From the IMG/VR virus record IMGVR_UViG_3300032087_002755: a stretch of DNA of 64,000 nucleotides; one strand, 5' to 3'. The translations under genes and the position numbers were made by a program. Every line of letters starts with the position of its first letter. Position 1 is the first letter of the stretch. The notes under the pieces are model-generated. The model did not search any database, had not been told where the DNA came from, and was given only the letters and a program-made list of their open reading frames with translations. The stretch comes from a virus. Positions 29,480 to 39,044 of this stretch are shown one piece after another.

Positions 29480-29655
29480 AAGAGGAAAAACTCTTACAAA
29501 TCGTAAACTTATCACCCAGTGAATCTTGGATTGAAAGAATTGTCGAGGTTCACCCTATGAAACAAGTTGCAGTAATGTCAGTCGTGCAAGTCCTCGTTTT
29601 CGGTTTTATGTTGTTGTCCTTTTGGCTAATCAATCTAGGATTGGGTAAGATATGA
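29476..29655 (+). CDS. Small membrane protein, 59 aa (not in ORF track)
   Basis: GTG start overlaps the cytochrome stop (GTGA). C-terminal hydrophobic helix. Confidence 0.55.
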   Translation: MKEEKLLQIVNLSPSESWIERIVEVHPMKQVAVMSVVQVLVFGFMLLSFWLINLGLGKI

Positions 29656-29789
29656 AACACTATATAATAGGTACAACATTGGGATTATGCATGTTTTATC
29701 TTGCCGTTGGTGAGATTGATAAAATGAGTCGTGCAGTGGAGATACAATCGTTTGCAAAGAGTAGGATTAAAGATATCATCTCTTATTAG
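29652..29789 (+). CDS. Small membrane protein, 45 aa (not in ORF track)
   Basis: ATGA overlap. MKHYIIGTTLGLCMFYLAVGEIDKMSR... Confidence 0.55.
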   Translation: MKHYIIGTTLGLCMFYLAVGEIDKMSRAVEIQSFAKSRIKDIISY

Positions 29790-29814
29790 TATATTCCACC
29801 GCGGCAACATATTT

Positions 29815-29850
29815 ATTTTATCATAGATTTCCCAGTTGTCTAGTGGGTTT
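29815..29850 (-). promoter_or_regulatory. Divergent sigma70-like promoter on the minus strand
   Basis: The reverse complement reads AAACCCAC-TAGACA-N16-TAAAAT with a TG extension. Confidence 0.5.
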
Positions 29851-29880
29851 CTTCAAATAATTCAAAAAAATAAATACTTA

Positions 29881-29917
29881 AAAACCCTCTTACAAAATAA
29901 GAGAATTGGTGTATAAT
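29881..29917 (+). promoter_or_regulatory. Early/middle promoter for gp55
   Basis: AAAACCCT-CTTACA-N17-TATAAT, 6 nt before ATG 29924. Confidence 0.65.
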
Positions 29918-29923
29918 AGATTC

Positions 29924-30481
29924 ATGACTACTAAAAAAGACCCTAAAAAGGCAGAGCATTACGTAAACAACAAAGAGTTTACAGCTGCAGTCTCCGAGTT
30001 TAACATTGCATGTAAACTTGCAGAAGAGAAAGGTAAGTCTAAACCTCAAATGACAGAATACATTGGTGAATGTATCTATAAGATTGCGACTCGATTATCG
30101 ACTCGTCCTAATTTTATCAACTACACATATAGAGATGAAATGATATGTGATGCAATTGAAAATTGTATTCAGTATATCGGAAACTTTAACCCCGAAAAAT
30201 CAACTAACGCATTTGCATACATAACACAAATTTGTTACTATGCATTCCTCAGAAGAATCCAAAAGGAGAAAAAACAGGTCTTCATTAAACAACAGGCCAC
30301 GGACGCTGCTGGAATGATAACAAGTGCATTCGATACTATTGACGGACAACACGACCCAACCCTTACTAATACTAATGTGGAATGGATGCAAGAAAACATG
30401 AATCGTGTTGAATACGAACCTCGTAAATCTAGAACCAAAAAAGTTAAAAAAACAACAAACTTAGAAAAATTTACTGAATGA
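29924..30481 (+). CDS. gp55: Late-transcription sigma factor gp55
   Basis: 'HYVNNKEF', 'NF.NYTYRDEMI.DAIENC..Y..NF.PEKS.NAFAY.TQI.YYAFLRRI.KEKKQ'. Confidence 0.96.
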   Translation: MTTKKDPKKAEHYVNNKEFTAAVSEFNIACKLAEEKGKSKPQMTEYIGECIYKIATRLSTRPNFINYTYRDEMICDAIENCIQYIGNFNPEKSTNAFAYITQICYYAFLRRIQKEKKQVFIKQQATDAAGMITSAFDTIDGQHDPTLTNTNVEWMQENMNRVEYEPRKSRTKKVKKTTNLEKFTE

Positions 30482-31545
30482 AAATAGCATTACTGAATGA
30501 TACCCATTGTGGTGTCCGAGGTGATATGATAGAAATGTCAAATTACCAAGGAAGATTTTATAATGAAGTGTTCTTCCCATATATGGACGAACATAACATT
30601 AAACACATAATACACTTAGGGGACTACTTCGACAGAAGAAAATACATAAATTTTGCTTCCATGAAAGCAAATATCAAACATTTCATTGACCCAATGACTG
30701 AACGTGGTATTACTATGGATTTAATTCTAGGTAATCATGATACTTATTATAAGAACACCAATGAAGTAAACTCACCCGAGTTGTTATTATACAATCAAAA
30801 AAATGTAAATGTCATTCAAGAACATGAAGTCAAAGAGTATGACGGATTTAACATTGCATTATCTCCATGGATTAATCCCGAAAACTATGCAGACGCTGTT
30901 GATTTCTTAAAGACTGCAAATGCAAGTTGGTGTATGGGACACTTTGAATTTGAAGGTGCATTAATGATGCCAGGCATGACGTGTCAACACGGACTAGACC
31001 ATTCTTATGTAAAAAGATTTGAAACAGTTTTGAGTGGTCATTTCCACCAAAAATCTGAATTTGCAAATATCAGATATCTTGGGTCTCAAATGCAATTTAC
31101 TTGGTCAGATTATGGAGATAACAAATACTTTCATATATTTGATACCGAGACCCAAGAACTTACCCCAGTTTTAAATCCAATCACCATGTTTGAGAAATCA
31201 TTCTATGACGATACAAAAGAAACTTTTGAAACAATATCTAACATAGATTATTCTAAATTTACAAACAAATTTGTAAAAGTAATAGTAGTAAATAAAGACA
31301 ATCCTTATTGGTTTGATACATTCTTAGATAAACTACATGCAAGTAATCCAATACACGTTGCAGTTGTAGACGACAACAAACATATGGATTTCTATGGTGA
31401 CGATGATATAGAAGATATCGAAGACACTTTAACTATATTAAACAACTATATTGACGGGTTGGAAATACAAGGGAAGAAGAAACCCCTTGCAGAACTTATG
31501 TCGTCATTATATAATGAAGCTTTGGACGAACATAACTATCTATGA
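30478..31545 (+). CDS. gp47: Recombination endonuclease subunit gp47 (Mre11-like)
   Basis: DTH, HLGDYFD, GNHD, GHF and SGHFH phosphoesterase motifs. Confidence 0.95.
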   Translation: MKIALLNDTHCGVRGDMIEMSNYQGRFYNEVFFPYMDEHNIKHIIHLGDYFDRRKYINFASMKANIKHFIDPMTERGITMDLILGNHDTYYKNTNEVNSPELLLYNQKNVNVIQEHEVKEYDGFNIALSPWINPENYADAVDFLKTANASWCMGHFEFEGALMMPGMTCQHGLDHSYVKRFETVLSGHFHQKSEFANIRYLGSQMQFTWSDYGDNKYFHIFDTETQELTPVLNPITMFEKSFYDDTKETFETISNIDYSKFTNKFVKVIVVNKDNPYWFDTFLDKLHASNPIHVAVVDDNKHMDFYGDDDIEDIEDTLTILNNYIDGLEIQGKKKPLAELMSSLYNEALDEHNYL

Positions 31546-33257
31546 TAAATTTTAAGAAAGTAAGATACAAAAACTTACTATCCAGTGGAAACAAATTTAC
31601 AGAAATACAACTAGACAAACACCAAACGACACTAATCTTAGGTGATAACGGTGCTGGTAAATCTACATTATTAGATGCACTTTGTTTTGGACTCTATGGA
31701 AAGGGGTTCAGAAATCTTAAGAAAGAACTTCTAATCAATTCTGTTAATGGAGGAAACCTTTTAGTTGAGGTTGAGTTCTCTATTGGTAAGAAACAATACA
31801 AAGTTATTAGAGGTGCAAAACCAAACAAATTCGAACTCTATGTTAATGACGTGTTCGTCAATCAAGATGCAACAGTCAGAGACTACCAAGAACACTTAGA
31901 AAAGAACATACTCAAAATGAGTTATCGTTCCTTTACTCAAGTTGCAATCCTCGGGTCAGCAAACTTTACTCCTTTCATGCAATTAAAAGCTGCAGATAGA
32001 CGTAAACTTGTGGAAGACCTTTTGGATATATCAATCTTTTCTACTATGGGAGATATCCTTAAGAAAAAGATTTCTAATCATACTGTTGAGGTTAGAGAGA
32101 ATAATCATGAAATCGACTTACTTGAAGAAAGAATTAACGGACTAAATGAACAACTTAATGCACTTCGTGAAAATCGTGAATCGAAAATCCTAAAATATGA
32201 AAATACCGTTGAGGAAACTCAAGAGAATATTAACAAACTTTTAGGGGACATAGATGAAAAGACGGAAAATGTGGTGGAGAAAAAATCCACCATCTCAGAT
32301 AAAGATACTAAAGAGGATAAACTCAAACAAACAGTTGACATGGAAGCTAGACTTGAGGACGCTCGAAGAAAAGCAATTAAAGACATTGAATTCTATGAGA
32401 ACAATGACGATTGTCCCACATGCAAACAGGGTCTAGACGATGAACACAAGAAGAAACACATTGAGGAAAAACAGAATAAGGTCGCAGAAATCAAGGAGGC
32501 GGTGTCACAACTCGATTTACAAGTCGAAGACCTTAATACCCGAATCCAAGAAATCAACGGAATCCAAGACGAAATAACCACAATTCAAAAAGAGATTGGT
32601 ATCCTACAAACAGAAGTTGTATCTAATCAAAAGTTCATTCAAAAAATGCAGAAAATGATTGCAGAACTCAAACAAGAAGGAACTGGTAATGGTGACGTGC
32701 AAGAGAGAATCAGTGATAGTGAAGACAAACTAGATATTCTACATGCAAAGAAAGAATCATTAGTTGACCAACAACACTACTATGAAATTGCACAAGTGTT
32801 ACTCAGAGACCAAGGTGTAAGACAAAAGATTATCAAACAGTATGTTCCTATTATGAACAAGCTGATTAACAAGTATCTTGCACAATTAGAATTCTATGTT
32901 GGTTTTGAATTGAATGAAAAGTTCGAAGAAACAATCAAATCAAGATTCAGAGACGTATTCAAATACGATAACTTCTCACAAGGGGAGAAAATGAGAATTG
33001 ACCTTGCACTACTATTCACATGGAGAAGTGTTGCAAGAATGAAGAACTCAGTTAACACTAACCTATTGATATTAGACGAAGTTTTCGATTCTTCATTAGA
33101 CTCACAAGGAACAGACGATTTCTTAAAACTACTAAACACCTTGACGGAAAAGACAAATGCGTTTATCATATCTCATAAAGGAGAAACATTATATGATAAA
33201 TTTAATGACGTTATTAGGTTTGAGAAATACAAAAACTTCTCGAGAATTGCAGAATAA
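31542..33257 (+). CDS. gp46: Recombination endonuclease subunit gp46 (Rad50-like)
   Basis: GDNGAGKS, CPTC zinc hook, FSQGEK signature, LDEVFD. Confidence 0.96.
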   Translation: MINFKKVRYKNLLSSGNKFTEIQLDKHQTTLILGDNGAGKSTLLDALCFGLYGKGFRNLKKELLINSVNGGNLLVEVEFSIGKKQYKVIRGAKPNKFELYVNDVFVNQDATVRDYQEHLEKNILKMSYRSFTQVAILGSANFTPFMQLKAADRRKLVEDLLDISIFSTMGDILKKKISNHTVEVRENNHEIDLLEERINGLNEQLNALRENRESKILKYENTVEETQENINKLLGDIDEKTENVVEKKSTISDKDTKEDKLKQTVDMEARLEDARRKAIKDIEFYENNDDCPTCKQGLDDEHKKKHIEEKQNKVAEIKEAVSQLDLQVEDLNTRIQEINGIQDEITTIQKEIGILQTEVVSNQKFIQKMQKMIAELKQEGTGNGDVQERISDSEDKLDILHAKKESLVDQQHYYEIAQVLLRDQGVRQKIIKQYVPIMNKLINKYLAQLEFYVGFELNEKFEETIKSRFRDVFKYDNFSQGEKMRIDLALLFTWRSVARMKNSVNTNLLILDEVFDSSLDSQGTDDFLKLLNTLTEKTNAFIISHKGETLYDKFNDVIRFEKYKNFSRIAE

Positions 33258-33270
33258 TATAAATAGTAAT

Positions 33271-34578
33271 ATGAAATCATTCTCAGAAGTCACTAATCCA
33301 ATAGAGGGAGTCAAACTAGAATTACCTAAGTATACACCTACACTTAGTGAGGGAACAGACGCCTCAACGAAGTTCGAAGGTGTTATAGTTGCATGTCTTC
33401 AAAATGCAAAATTACCAAAGGACAAGTTCATAGAGAAAATGACCAAAGACGAGTATGTCACTGGTTTCCTTAAAACACCAAATAAATTATTTGCAACACA
33501 TAAAGTAAAATCAACAGAAGAGAAAATGGATATTCTTTATGATTTCGCACAAGTATGTAATGCAAAACTTCCAAGTGGTAAACATGACGCGGGTGCTGGT
33601 CAAAGTAAAAAAGGACTAAGTTCATTTTGGAAAGAAACCACTGGTAAAGGTATTGACACTTCAAAGGCAGATATAATTATTGGTGGTTATCCTTCTTCAG
33701 TCAAAGGCCCGAAAGCACAACTAATGTCGGGTAAAAAAGCAGAAGCTAAAGCAACTGTATTATCTGCATTACAAATGGTCAAAACAAGTGAAGACTTAAA
33801 GAATCAATTAGTAGATGCAGTAGACGTTTTTGTAGACAACACTAGAACAGTTGGTGCAGAAGTTAATGCTGGTAATCTTAAAAAAATGACACCCGAACAA
33901 GCAATCGAAAGTGGTAATGCAGAAGCTAAAAAGATTGTTGAAAAACAAGAAAAATTAAAAGGTGATATCAATAAATTATTTTCAAAGGCATTTAATAATC
34001 CCGAAGTCGGTGGTGCATTCGCATATGAAGCTATGACTGGTTTTGAAAAGTTTGGTGGTAATGCAATGAAACAAGGAAGTGGTGACACTAGTGGTATTGC
34101 AACACATATGGTGGTTTGGGATTACAGAATGGATAGAATCAAACAACTAAAGATTGATAGAAAGTTTGCCTCTGCAACTGCAAAGAAAATGTCCATGCGT
34201 GCAGATTTAAAATCCAACTCTTATAAAAAAGACAATAAAAAAGCAGGTTATAATTTCTATCAAGCAATTAGAGTATCAGCAGATGCACTATTAGACAAAC
34301 ATGGTGAACTTAAAAAATCTGCAAATGAACAAGTAGAACAAGTAAAAAATCAATTAAATGAAGGTGTAATCTCAGAGAACAAATTCGTAGACAAACTCAA
34401 AGACATATGGAACTGGATAAAAGGTAAACTAACTGCATTGTGGAATTGGTTTATAAATAAAATTACAGAGTTAGCAGAAAGTGCTAAAAAGTTAATAAAT
34501 GAATCTGTATCAGAAGCTATGAAAGTTTTTGAATTAGATGTAGACGTGAAAGTAAAAACTGAGGTGAACTTTAAATAA
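33271..34578 (+). CDS. Late hypothetical protein, candidate internal head protein with a PD-(D/E)xK-like motif
   Basis: TATAAATA at 33258 precedes ATG 33271 (MKSFSEV...). Contains 'KADIII...SVK'. Start revised from 33157. Confidence 0.55.
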   Translation: MKSFSEVTNPIEGVKLELPKYTPTLSEGTDASTKFEGVIVACLQNAKLPKDKFIEKMTKDEYVTGFLKTPNKLFATHKVKSTEEKMDILYDFAQVCNAKLPSGKHDAGAGQSKKGLSSFWKETTGKGIDTSKADIIIGGYPSSVKGPKAQLMSGKKAEAKATVLSALQMVKTSEDLKNQLVDAVDVFVDNTRTVGAEVNAGNLKKMTPEQAIESGNAEAKKIVEKQEKLKGDINKLFSKAFNNPEVGGAFAYEAMTGFEKFGGNAMKQGSGDTSGIATHMVVWDYRMDRIKQLKIDRKFASATAKKMSMRADLKSNSYKKDNKKAGYNFYQAIRVSADALLDKHGELKKSANEQVEQVKNQLNEGVISENKFVDKLKDIWNWIKGKLTALWNWFINKITELAESAKKLINESVSEAMKVFELDVDVKVKTEVNFK

Positions 34579-35204
34579 TGTTAGAATTGATAGAAGAGGC
34601 CTCAAAGGTCTTACGCACACCACCACCCGAATTTGACTTTGATAAACCACCCGAAGACCCCGAAGAGATAGAATTCAACCTTGCAGCTGCAATGGAACAA
34701 TATGGTGGGATAGGTTTATCTGCAAATCAAGTTGGATTAAACTACAGAGTTTTTGTAATGAGAACTGCAGACAGTGGAACTAAAGCATTTTTCAATCCCG
34801 AGATTACTAAAGTATCTCAAGAAACAGAATTAATGAAAGAGGGTTGTTTATCTTTTCCCGACCTTTATCTAATGATAAAAAGGTCAAAAGAGATAGAACT
34901 TAAATATCAAGATGCACAAGGTGAAGAACACGTAATACACTTAACTGGTTTAGGTGCAAGGTGTGTTCAACATGAATGTGACCATTTAAATGGAATACTA
35001 TTCCTACAACGTGCATCTAGACTCAAACTGGAACGTGCTTTAAAAGCAAGACCTAAAGAGAGAAAAAAGAGAATTGATTATGAAACAAGAATTGCATTCG
35101 CCAGAGCTATACAAGAACGAGAACGTGCTGATTCTTCCGAATCTGATAACGGAACAGGAGTCGAAGGAACTGATTCAGTGGTTCAAGACTCACGAGCATC
35201 TTAA
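34578..35204 (+). CDS. def: Peptide deformylase
   Basis: GIGLSANQVG, EGCLSFP, QHECDHLNG. Confidence 0.95.
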   Translation: MLELIEEASKVLRTPPPEFDFDKPPEDPEEIEFNLAAAMEQYGGIGLSANQVGLNYRVFVMRTADSGTKAFFNPEITKVSQETELMKEGCLSFPDLYLMIKRSKEIELKYQDAQGEEHVIHLTGLGARCVQHECDHLNGILFLQRASRLKLERALKARPKERKKRIDYETRIAFARAIQERERADSSESDNGTGVEGTDSVVQDSRAS

Positions 35205-35730
35205 AACTATAGGAGACGGGTCGGATTACACTGCAATAAACATATTGCATATCCACACCCAATGGATTCGAGATATCTTCAACAGATTAGCATTTGACGT
35301 TATTTCAGAAATATATAAACACTCGGGTTTAAGAGTGTATCCCGAAATGTGTGCAATAAATGAATGGCCTATCGGTGGTGTTCAAACACCACATAATGAC
35401 TCAGTATCAGACGTTGATATAAGAGAAGGACTTATAGACGAAACAAGTAGAGAATGGACTGTAATTCTCTATATAAATGGTCATGAATCCTATAAAGGTG
35501 GTGAAACTTACTTCCCAAATGAAGGGCCAGCAGGTCAAATAATGACTCCTATAAGGGGTACAGGCATAGCATTCAGAGGAATAGACCTAGAACACGGTGT
35601 ATACCCCGTCAGAAGAGGTGCTAGGTACACTATATCACAATGGTATAGTAGTGATAAGAACCGTATAATTACAGACGAAAGAACAAAAAACCTCGATTTA
35701 AACCACCATTCTTTAAGAGATTCCTCATAA
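35080..35730 (+). CDS. 2OG-Fe(II) oxygenase (P4H-like)
   Basis: 'PHND', 'ILYING...GGETYF', 'HGVYPVRRG.RYTISQW'. Confidence 0.8.
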   Translation: MKQELHSPELYKNENVLILPNLITEQESKELIQWFKTHEHLKTIGDGSDYTAINILHIHTQWIRDIFNRLAFDVISEIYKHSGLRVYPEMCAINEWPIGGVQTPHNDSVSDVDIREGLIDETSREWTVILYINGHESYKGGETYFPNEGPAGQIMTPIRGTGIAFRGIDLEHGVYPVRRGARYTISQWYSSDKNRIITDERTKNLDLNHHSLRDSS

Positions 35731-35748
35731 AATAATTCTTCTCAAGGG

Positions 35749-35778
35749 TTGACAATGACCCTCACTTTTTCGTATACT
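35749..35778 (+). promoter_or_regulatory. Strong early sigma70 promoter
   Basis: TTGACA-ATGACCCTCACTTTTTCG-TATACT. Confidence 0.8.
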
Positions 35779-35805
35779 AATAGAGTAAAAGAAAAAAGGA
35801 GAATT

Positions 35806-36111
35806 ATGACATTTAACCCAATATTACGAGTTCCTAAAGGTAAAGAAGGAACACTCGACCCCTCAAAAATCTTAAACTATTTCCATGGATTAGGTTGGAG
35901 AACAACTCCAGTCAAAAACCAATATCAAAAATATTGGATTACCCACAAAATGGATATGTCACTAGACCCCCCTCAAAAATTAGAGTTAATCAGTGGTTCA
36001 AAATACTACAAATTAGTTATCGATTCAACAGAGTTTGGTATCGAATGTGGTGGTGATTTAAATGGTTGGCAATTTGCAGCTGAAATTAGAGATGCAATTA
36101 AATCACAATAA
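35806..36111 (+). CDS. Early hypothetical protein
   Basis: AAGGAG RBS before ATG 35806. The ORF-track start is the promoter's TTG. Confidence 0.7.
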   Translation: MTFNPILRVPKGKEGTLDPSKILNYFHGLGWRTTPVKNQYQKYWITHKMDMSLDPPQKLELISGSKYYKLVIDSTEFGIECGGDLNGWQFAAEIRDAIKSQ

Positions 36112-36114
36112 AAC

Positions 36115-36144
36115 TTGACAATGACCTTCACTTTTTAGTATACT
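36115..36144 (+). promoter_or_regulatory. Strong early sigma70 promoter (leaderless transcript)
   Basis: TTGACA-ATGACCTTCACTTTTTAG-TATACT, 6 nt before ATG 36151. Confidence 0.8.
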
Positions 36145-36150
36145 ATAAAC

Positions 36151-38514
36151 ATGACAAAAAGAAACGAAAAAGACATACTTGCTAAACTAATGGCTACTGA
36201 GAACATTACCATTGTTCACAAGAAAATTGACACTGCATATTTTGATGTAAAGAATAGGATACTTGCTTGTCCTATCTTTAAAGAAGATATTTCTGCAGAA
36301 CTTTATGACCTATTCATGGGACATGAAGTTGGACATGCATTGAATACACCTTACGAGGGTCTTCACTCTGCATTAGAAATGAATAGAACACTTAAAGGAT
36401 ATCTTAATGTTGTTGAAGACGTTAGGATTGAGAAAGCAATCAAAAACAAATTCCAAGGATTAAGGAAATCATTCTACACTGCATACAACGAGTTAATGGA
36501 AATGGATTTCTTCCAGTTAAAAGGTAGAGACCTTTCAACACTTTCATTGATTGACAAAATTAATTTACAAACTAAAGTCGGTTCAAGACTTGGTCTTCAA
36601 TTCAATACAGTTGAACAAGGTTTCTTAGATATGTCAGAAGCATGTAAGACTTGGGAAGACGTTGTTGAATGTGCAACTGCAATCTATGAGTGGTCTAAAG
36701 AGAATGAGACAAGAACTGAAGATGACGAAATGTTAGTTCCTCAAATGTTTGACATTGGTGACGAAGAAGAAGACGAAGACGGAGACGAATCAGAAATAGA
36801 AGAATTTGAGAATGAATCTAAAGAATCTTCAGACGGTGGAGATTCAGACGAAGACGATGCAGAAGAGGATTCACTTCCCGAGTTAAACACTGATACTGGT
36901 GAGACTGAAGAGGAAAATGCTGAACAAGAAGAAGACATTGACGAATCAGACAATCAAGTTAAGTCTACTGGTGGTAAAGAAGGTGGACAAGGATTCCATG
37001 ACAACCAAGACGGTGCAAGGGAATCAATCACTGAACACGCTGCACATAACGGTGAAAACCAATTTCTTTCAGATGAGAACACAATCAAATCTACAATCAA
37101 TCTAAGAAAAGTGTTTGCAGAAAATGATATGCATGACGTTGTGATTCCTTTCAAACAAGTTCTTAAAGACTGGAAAGAATATGTTTCTGATTCTAGTTAC
37201 TACACTGCAGAGAAACTTGAAAAGAATTATGGAAGAGGTGTCTATACTGCAAAGAAACTAGAACAAAAGAACAAAAAAATTATTGCTCATATGGCAAAAG
37301 AATTTGAGATGAAACAAACTGCAAAAGTTTCTAAGAAAGCTTTCAGTGGTAAAACTGGTAAGTTAGATATGAATAGACTTGCAAAATATCAAATTGTTGA
37401 TGACATTTTCAAAAGAGCTATGTATCTTCCCGAGGGTGAAAACCACGGATTGAATGTTCTTCTTGATTGGAGTGGTTCAATTGCTGATGAGGTTGTAGAC
37501 CTTTTAGAACAATCAATAATACTTGCAGAGTTCTGTAGAAAAACAAACATTCCTTACAGAGTGTATCTTTTCTCTGATGGATATGCTAGTGGTGAGACAG
37601 ACGAATATGGATATCAGAGACATGACGGAAGACTTATTGAAATCTTCTCTAATGAAATGAGTAACAGACAATTCAAAGAAATGATGACTTATGTTGGTTG
37701 CATGTATGCAAACTACTTCTCTCAAAAAATTTCATGGAGAAACTATGAGAAAGCTATTGTTTCTTACAATGAGTTCTTCGGTGAGTATGGTGGAATTGAG
37801 AGTGACGGTGCTTACTGGGATTTAGAAACTAACTTCAGACCTCAAAACTATAGACTCGGTGGAACTCCACTTGACCAAACACTTGTTGCACTTAGAACTC
37901 TATTGCCTGAGTTCAATGCAAGATATCAAGTTGAGAAATCAATCTTGACTATAATCACTGATGGGTTTTCACATTCTGCAGACTTCTTAAGAGCGACTGA
38001 AGAAGAGAGAAAAGACATTGCAGAACAAGAAGAATTTATCGGTGACGGTGCATGGAGAACTTCAAGGTCTAGAGACTTAATTGACCCATATTCAAACAAA
38101 GTGTTCCCACTTAAACAAAAGAGTGATTACTATTCAAGGGAAGGTTTTGAAACAACTCAGAACATTCTAGAATGGATATCAGAGACTTGTGGTGTGATTG
38201 TTACTGGATACTTTGTTCTAGGTAAAAAAGGAGACTTGTACAACATTCTAGGATTTGTAGAAGATTCAAGGTCTTACTGTCATGACGAGGTTTGGAGAGA
38301 AATCAGAAAAGAAGGTAAAGTGTTCAAGTGTAGAGGATATAACAAACTGTTTATCACTTATGCAAAGAACATGAACACTGAAGGTTCTGATGAACTTGGA
38401 GACGAGTTTATTGATGCCAAAAAAGTGAGGGTAATGGCTGCCTTCAAAAGAAACCAAAAATCAAAAACCACTTCAAGGTTCTTGACTAACGAATTTATAA
38501 AGGAGATTGCATAA
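36151..38514 (+). CDS. CobT-like protein: N-terminal HExxH metallopeptidase-like domain, acidic linker, VWA domain
   Basis: HEVGH, 'NVVEDVRIE', MIDAS motifs DWSGS, GGTPL and ITDG. Confidence 0.85.
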   Translation: MTKRNEKDILAKLMATENITIVHKKIDTAYFDVKNRILACPIFKEDISAELYDLFMGHEVGHALNTPYEGLHSALEMNRTLKGYLNVVEDVRIEKAIKNKFQGLRKSFYTAYNELMEMDFFQLKGRDLSTLSLIDKINLQTKVGSRLGLQFNTVEQGFLDMSEACKTWEDVVECATAIYEWSKENETRTEDDEMLVPQMFDIGDEEEDEDGDESEIEEFENESKESSDGGDSDEDDAEEDSLPELNTDTGETEEENAEQEEDIDESDNQVKSTGGKEGGQGFHDNQDGARESITEHAAHNGENQFLSDENTIKSTINLRKVFAENDMHDVVIPFKQVLKDWKEYVSDSSYYTAEKLEKNYGRGVYTAKKLEQKNKKIIAHMAKEFEMKQTAKVSKKAFSGKTGKLDMNRLAKYQIVDDIFKRAMYLPEGENHGLNVLLDWSGSIADEVVDLLEQSIILAEFCRKTNIPYRVYLFSDGYASGETDEYGYQRHDGRLIEIFSNEMSNRQFKEMMTYVGCMYANYFSQKISWRNYEKAIVSYNEFFGEYGGIESDGAYWDLETNFRPQNYRLGGTPLDQTLVALRTLLPEFNARYQVEKSILTIITDGFSHSADFLRATEEERKDIAEQEEFIGDGAWRTSRSRDLIDPYSNKVFPLKQKSDYYSREGFETTQNILEWISETCGVIVTGYFVLGKKGDLYNILGFVEDSRSYCHDEVWREIRKEGKVFKCRGYNKLFITYAKNMNTEGSDELGDEFIDAKKVRVMAAFKRNQKSKTTSRFLTNEFIKEIA

Positions 38515-38717
38515 TGGAAGCAAAATACATGATGAATGAAACGTTCATTTTAAGCAGAGACGATTACAGGGATTTAACCAATAGGATAATGATACTGCAA
38601 TCGAGAAAAGAAGAAGCACCTTATATCGTGGAACACGATTATATCCAAGACACTTTTGAAGTGACACTACTGGATAACAGGTATACACTTAAAACAATAA
38701 TGGAGAAGACACAATGA
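38514..38717 (+). CDS. Hypothetical protein
   Basis: GGAG RBS, TAATG overlap. Confidence 0.6.
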   Translation: MEAKYMMNETFILSRDDYRDLTNRIMILQSRKEEAPYIVEHDYIQDTFEVTLLDNRYTLKTIMEKTQ

Positions 38718-38959
38718 GAGACCCTTTAAGAGTAGACGAAGCATATTACATTTCACACCAAACGGATTACAGTAAATTTGCAGATGCAGTTATGGACGTG
38801 GGGCCTTCGCCTTGTGTCAGATATAATTGTCCACTAGTTAATGAGTGTGCAAGTGAAGAGAAGGAGTGTTTTGCCTTTAGAATTTGGGTCAACAATGGTG
38901 GTGAACTGAATGAAAAACAACAACTAAAAATGGGAACAAGATTTGAGTCAATTAAGTGA
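38714..38959 (+). CDS. Small Cys-rich hypothetical protein
   Basis: Four Cys (PCVRYNC...EC...EC); GGAG RBS. Confidence 0.6.
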   Translation: MRDPLRVDEAYYISHQTDYSKFADAVMDVGPSPCVRYNCPLVNECASEEKECFAFRIWVNNGGELNEKQQLKMGTRFESIK

Positions 38960-38967
38960 TAAACTAC

Positions 38968-38997
38968 TTGACAATGGGTCTCACTTTTTAGTATACT
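38968..38997 (+). promoter_or_regulatory. Strong early sigma70 promoter
   Basis: TTGACA-ATGGGTCTCACTTTTTAG-TATACT. Confidence 0.8.
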
Positions 38998-39044
38998 ATA
39001 CAAGATGAGAAAATTAACTAATAACTTAAAACCAAGGAGACTAT

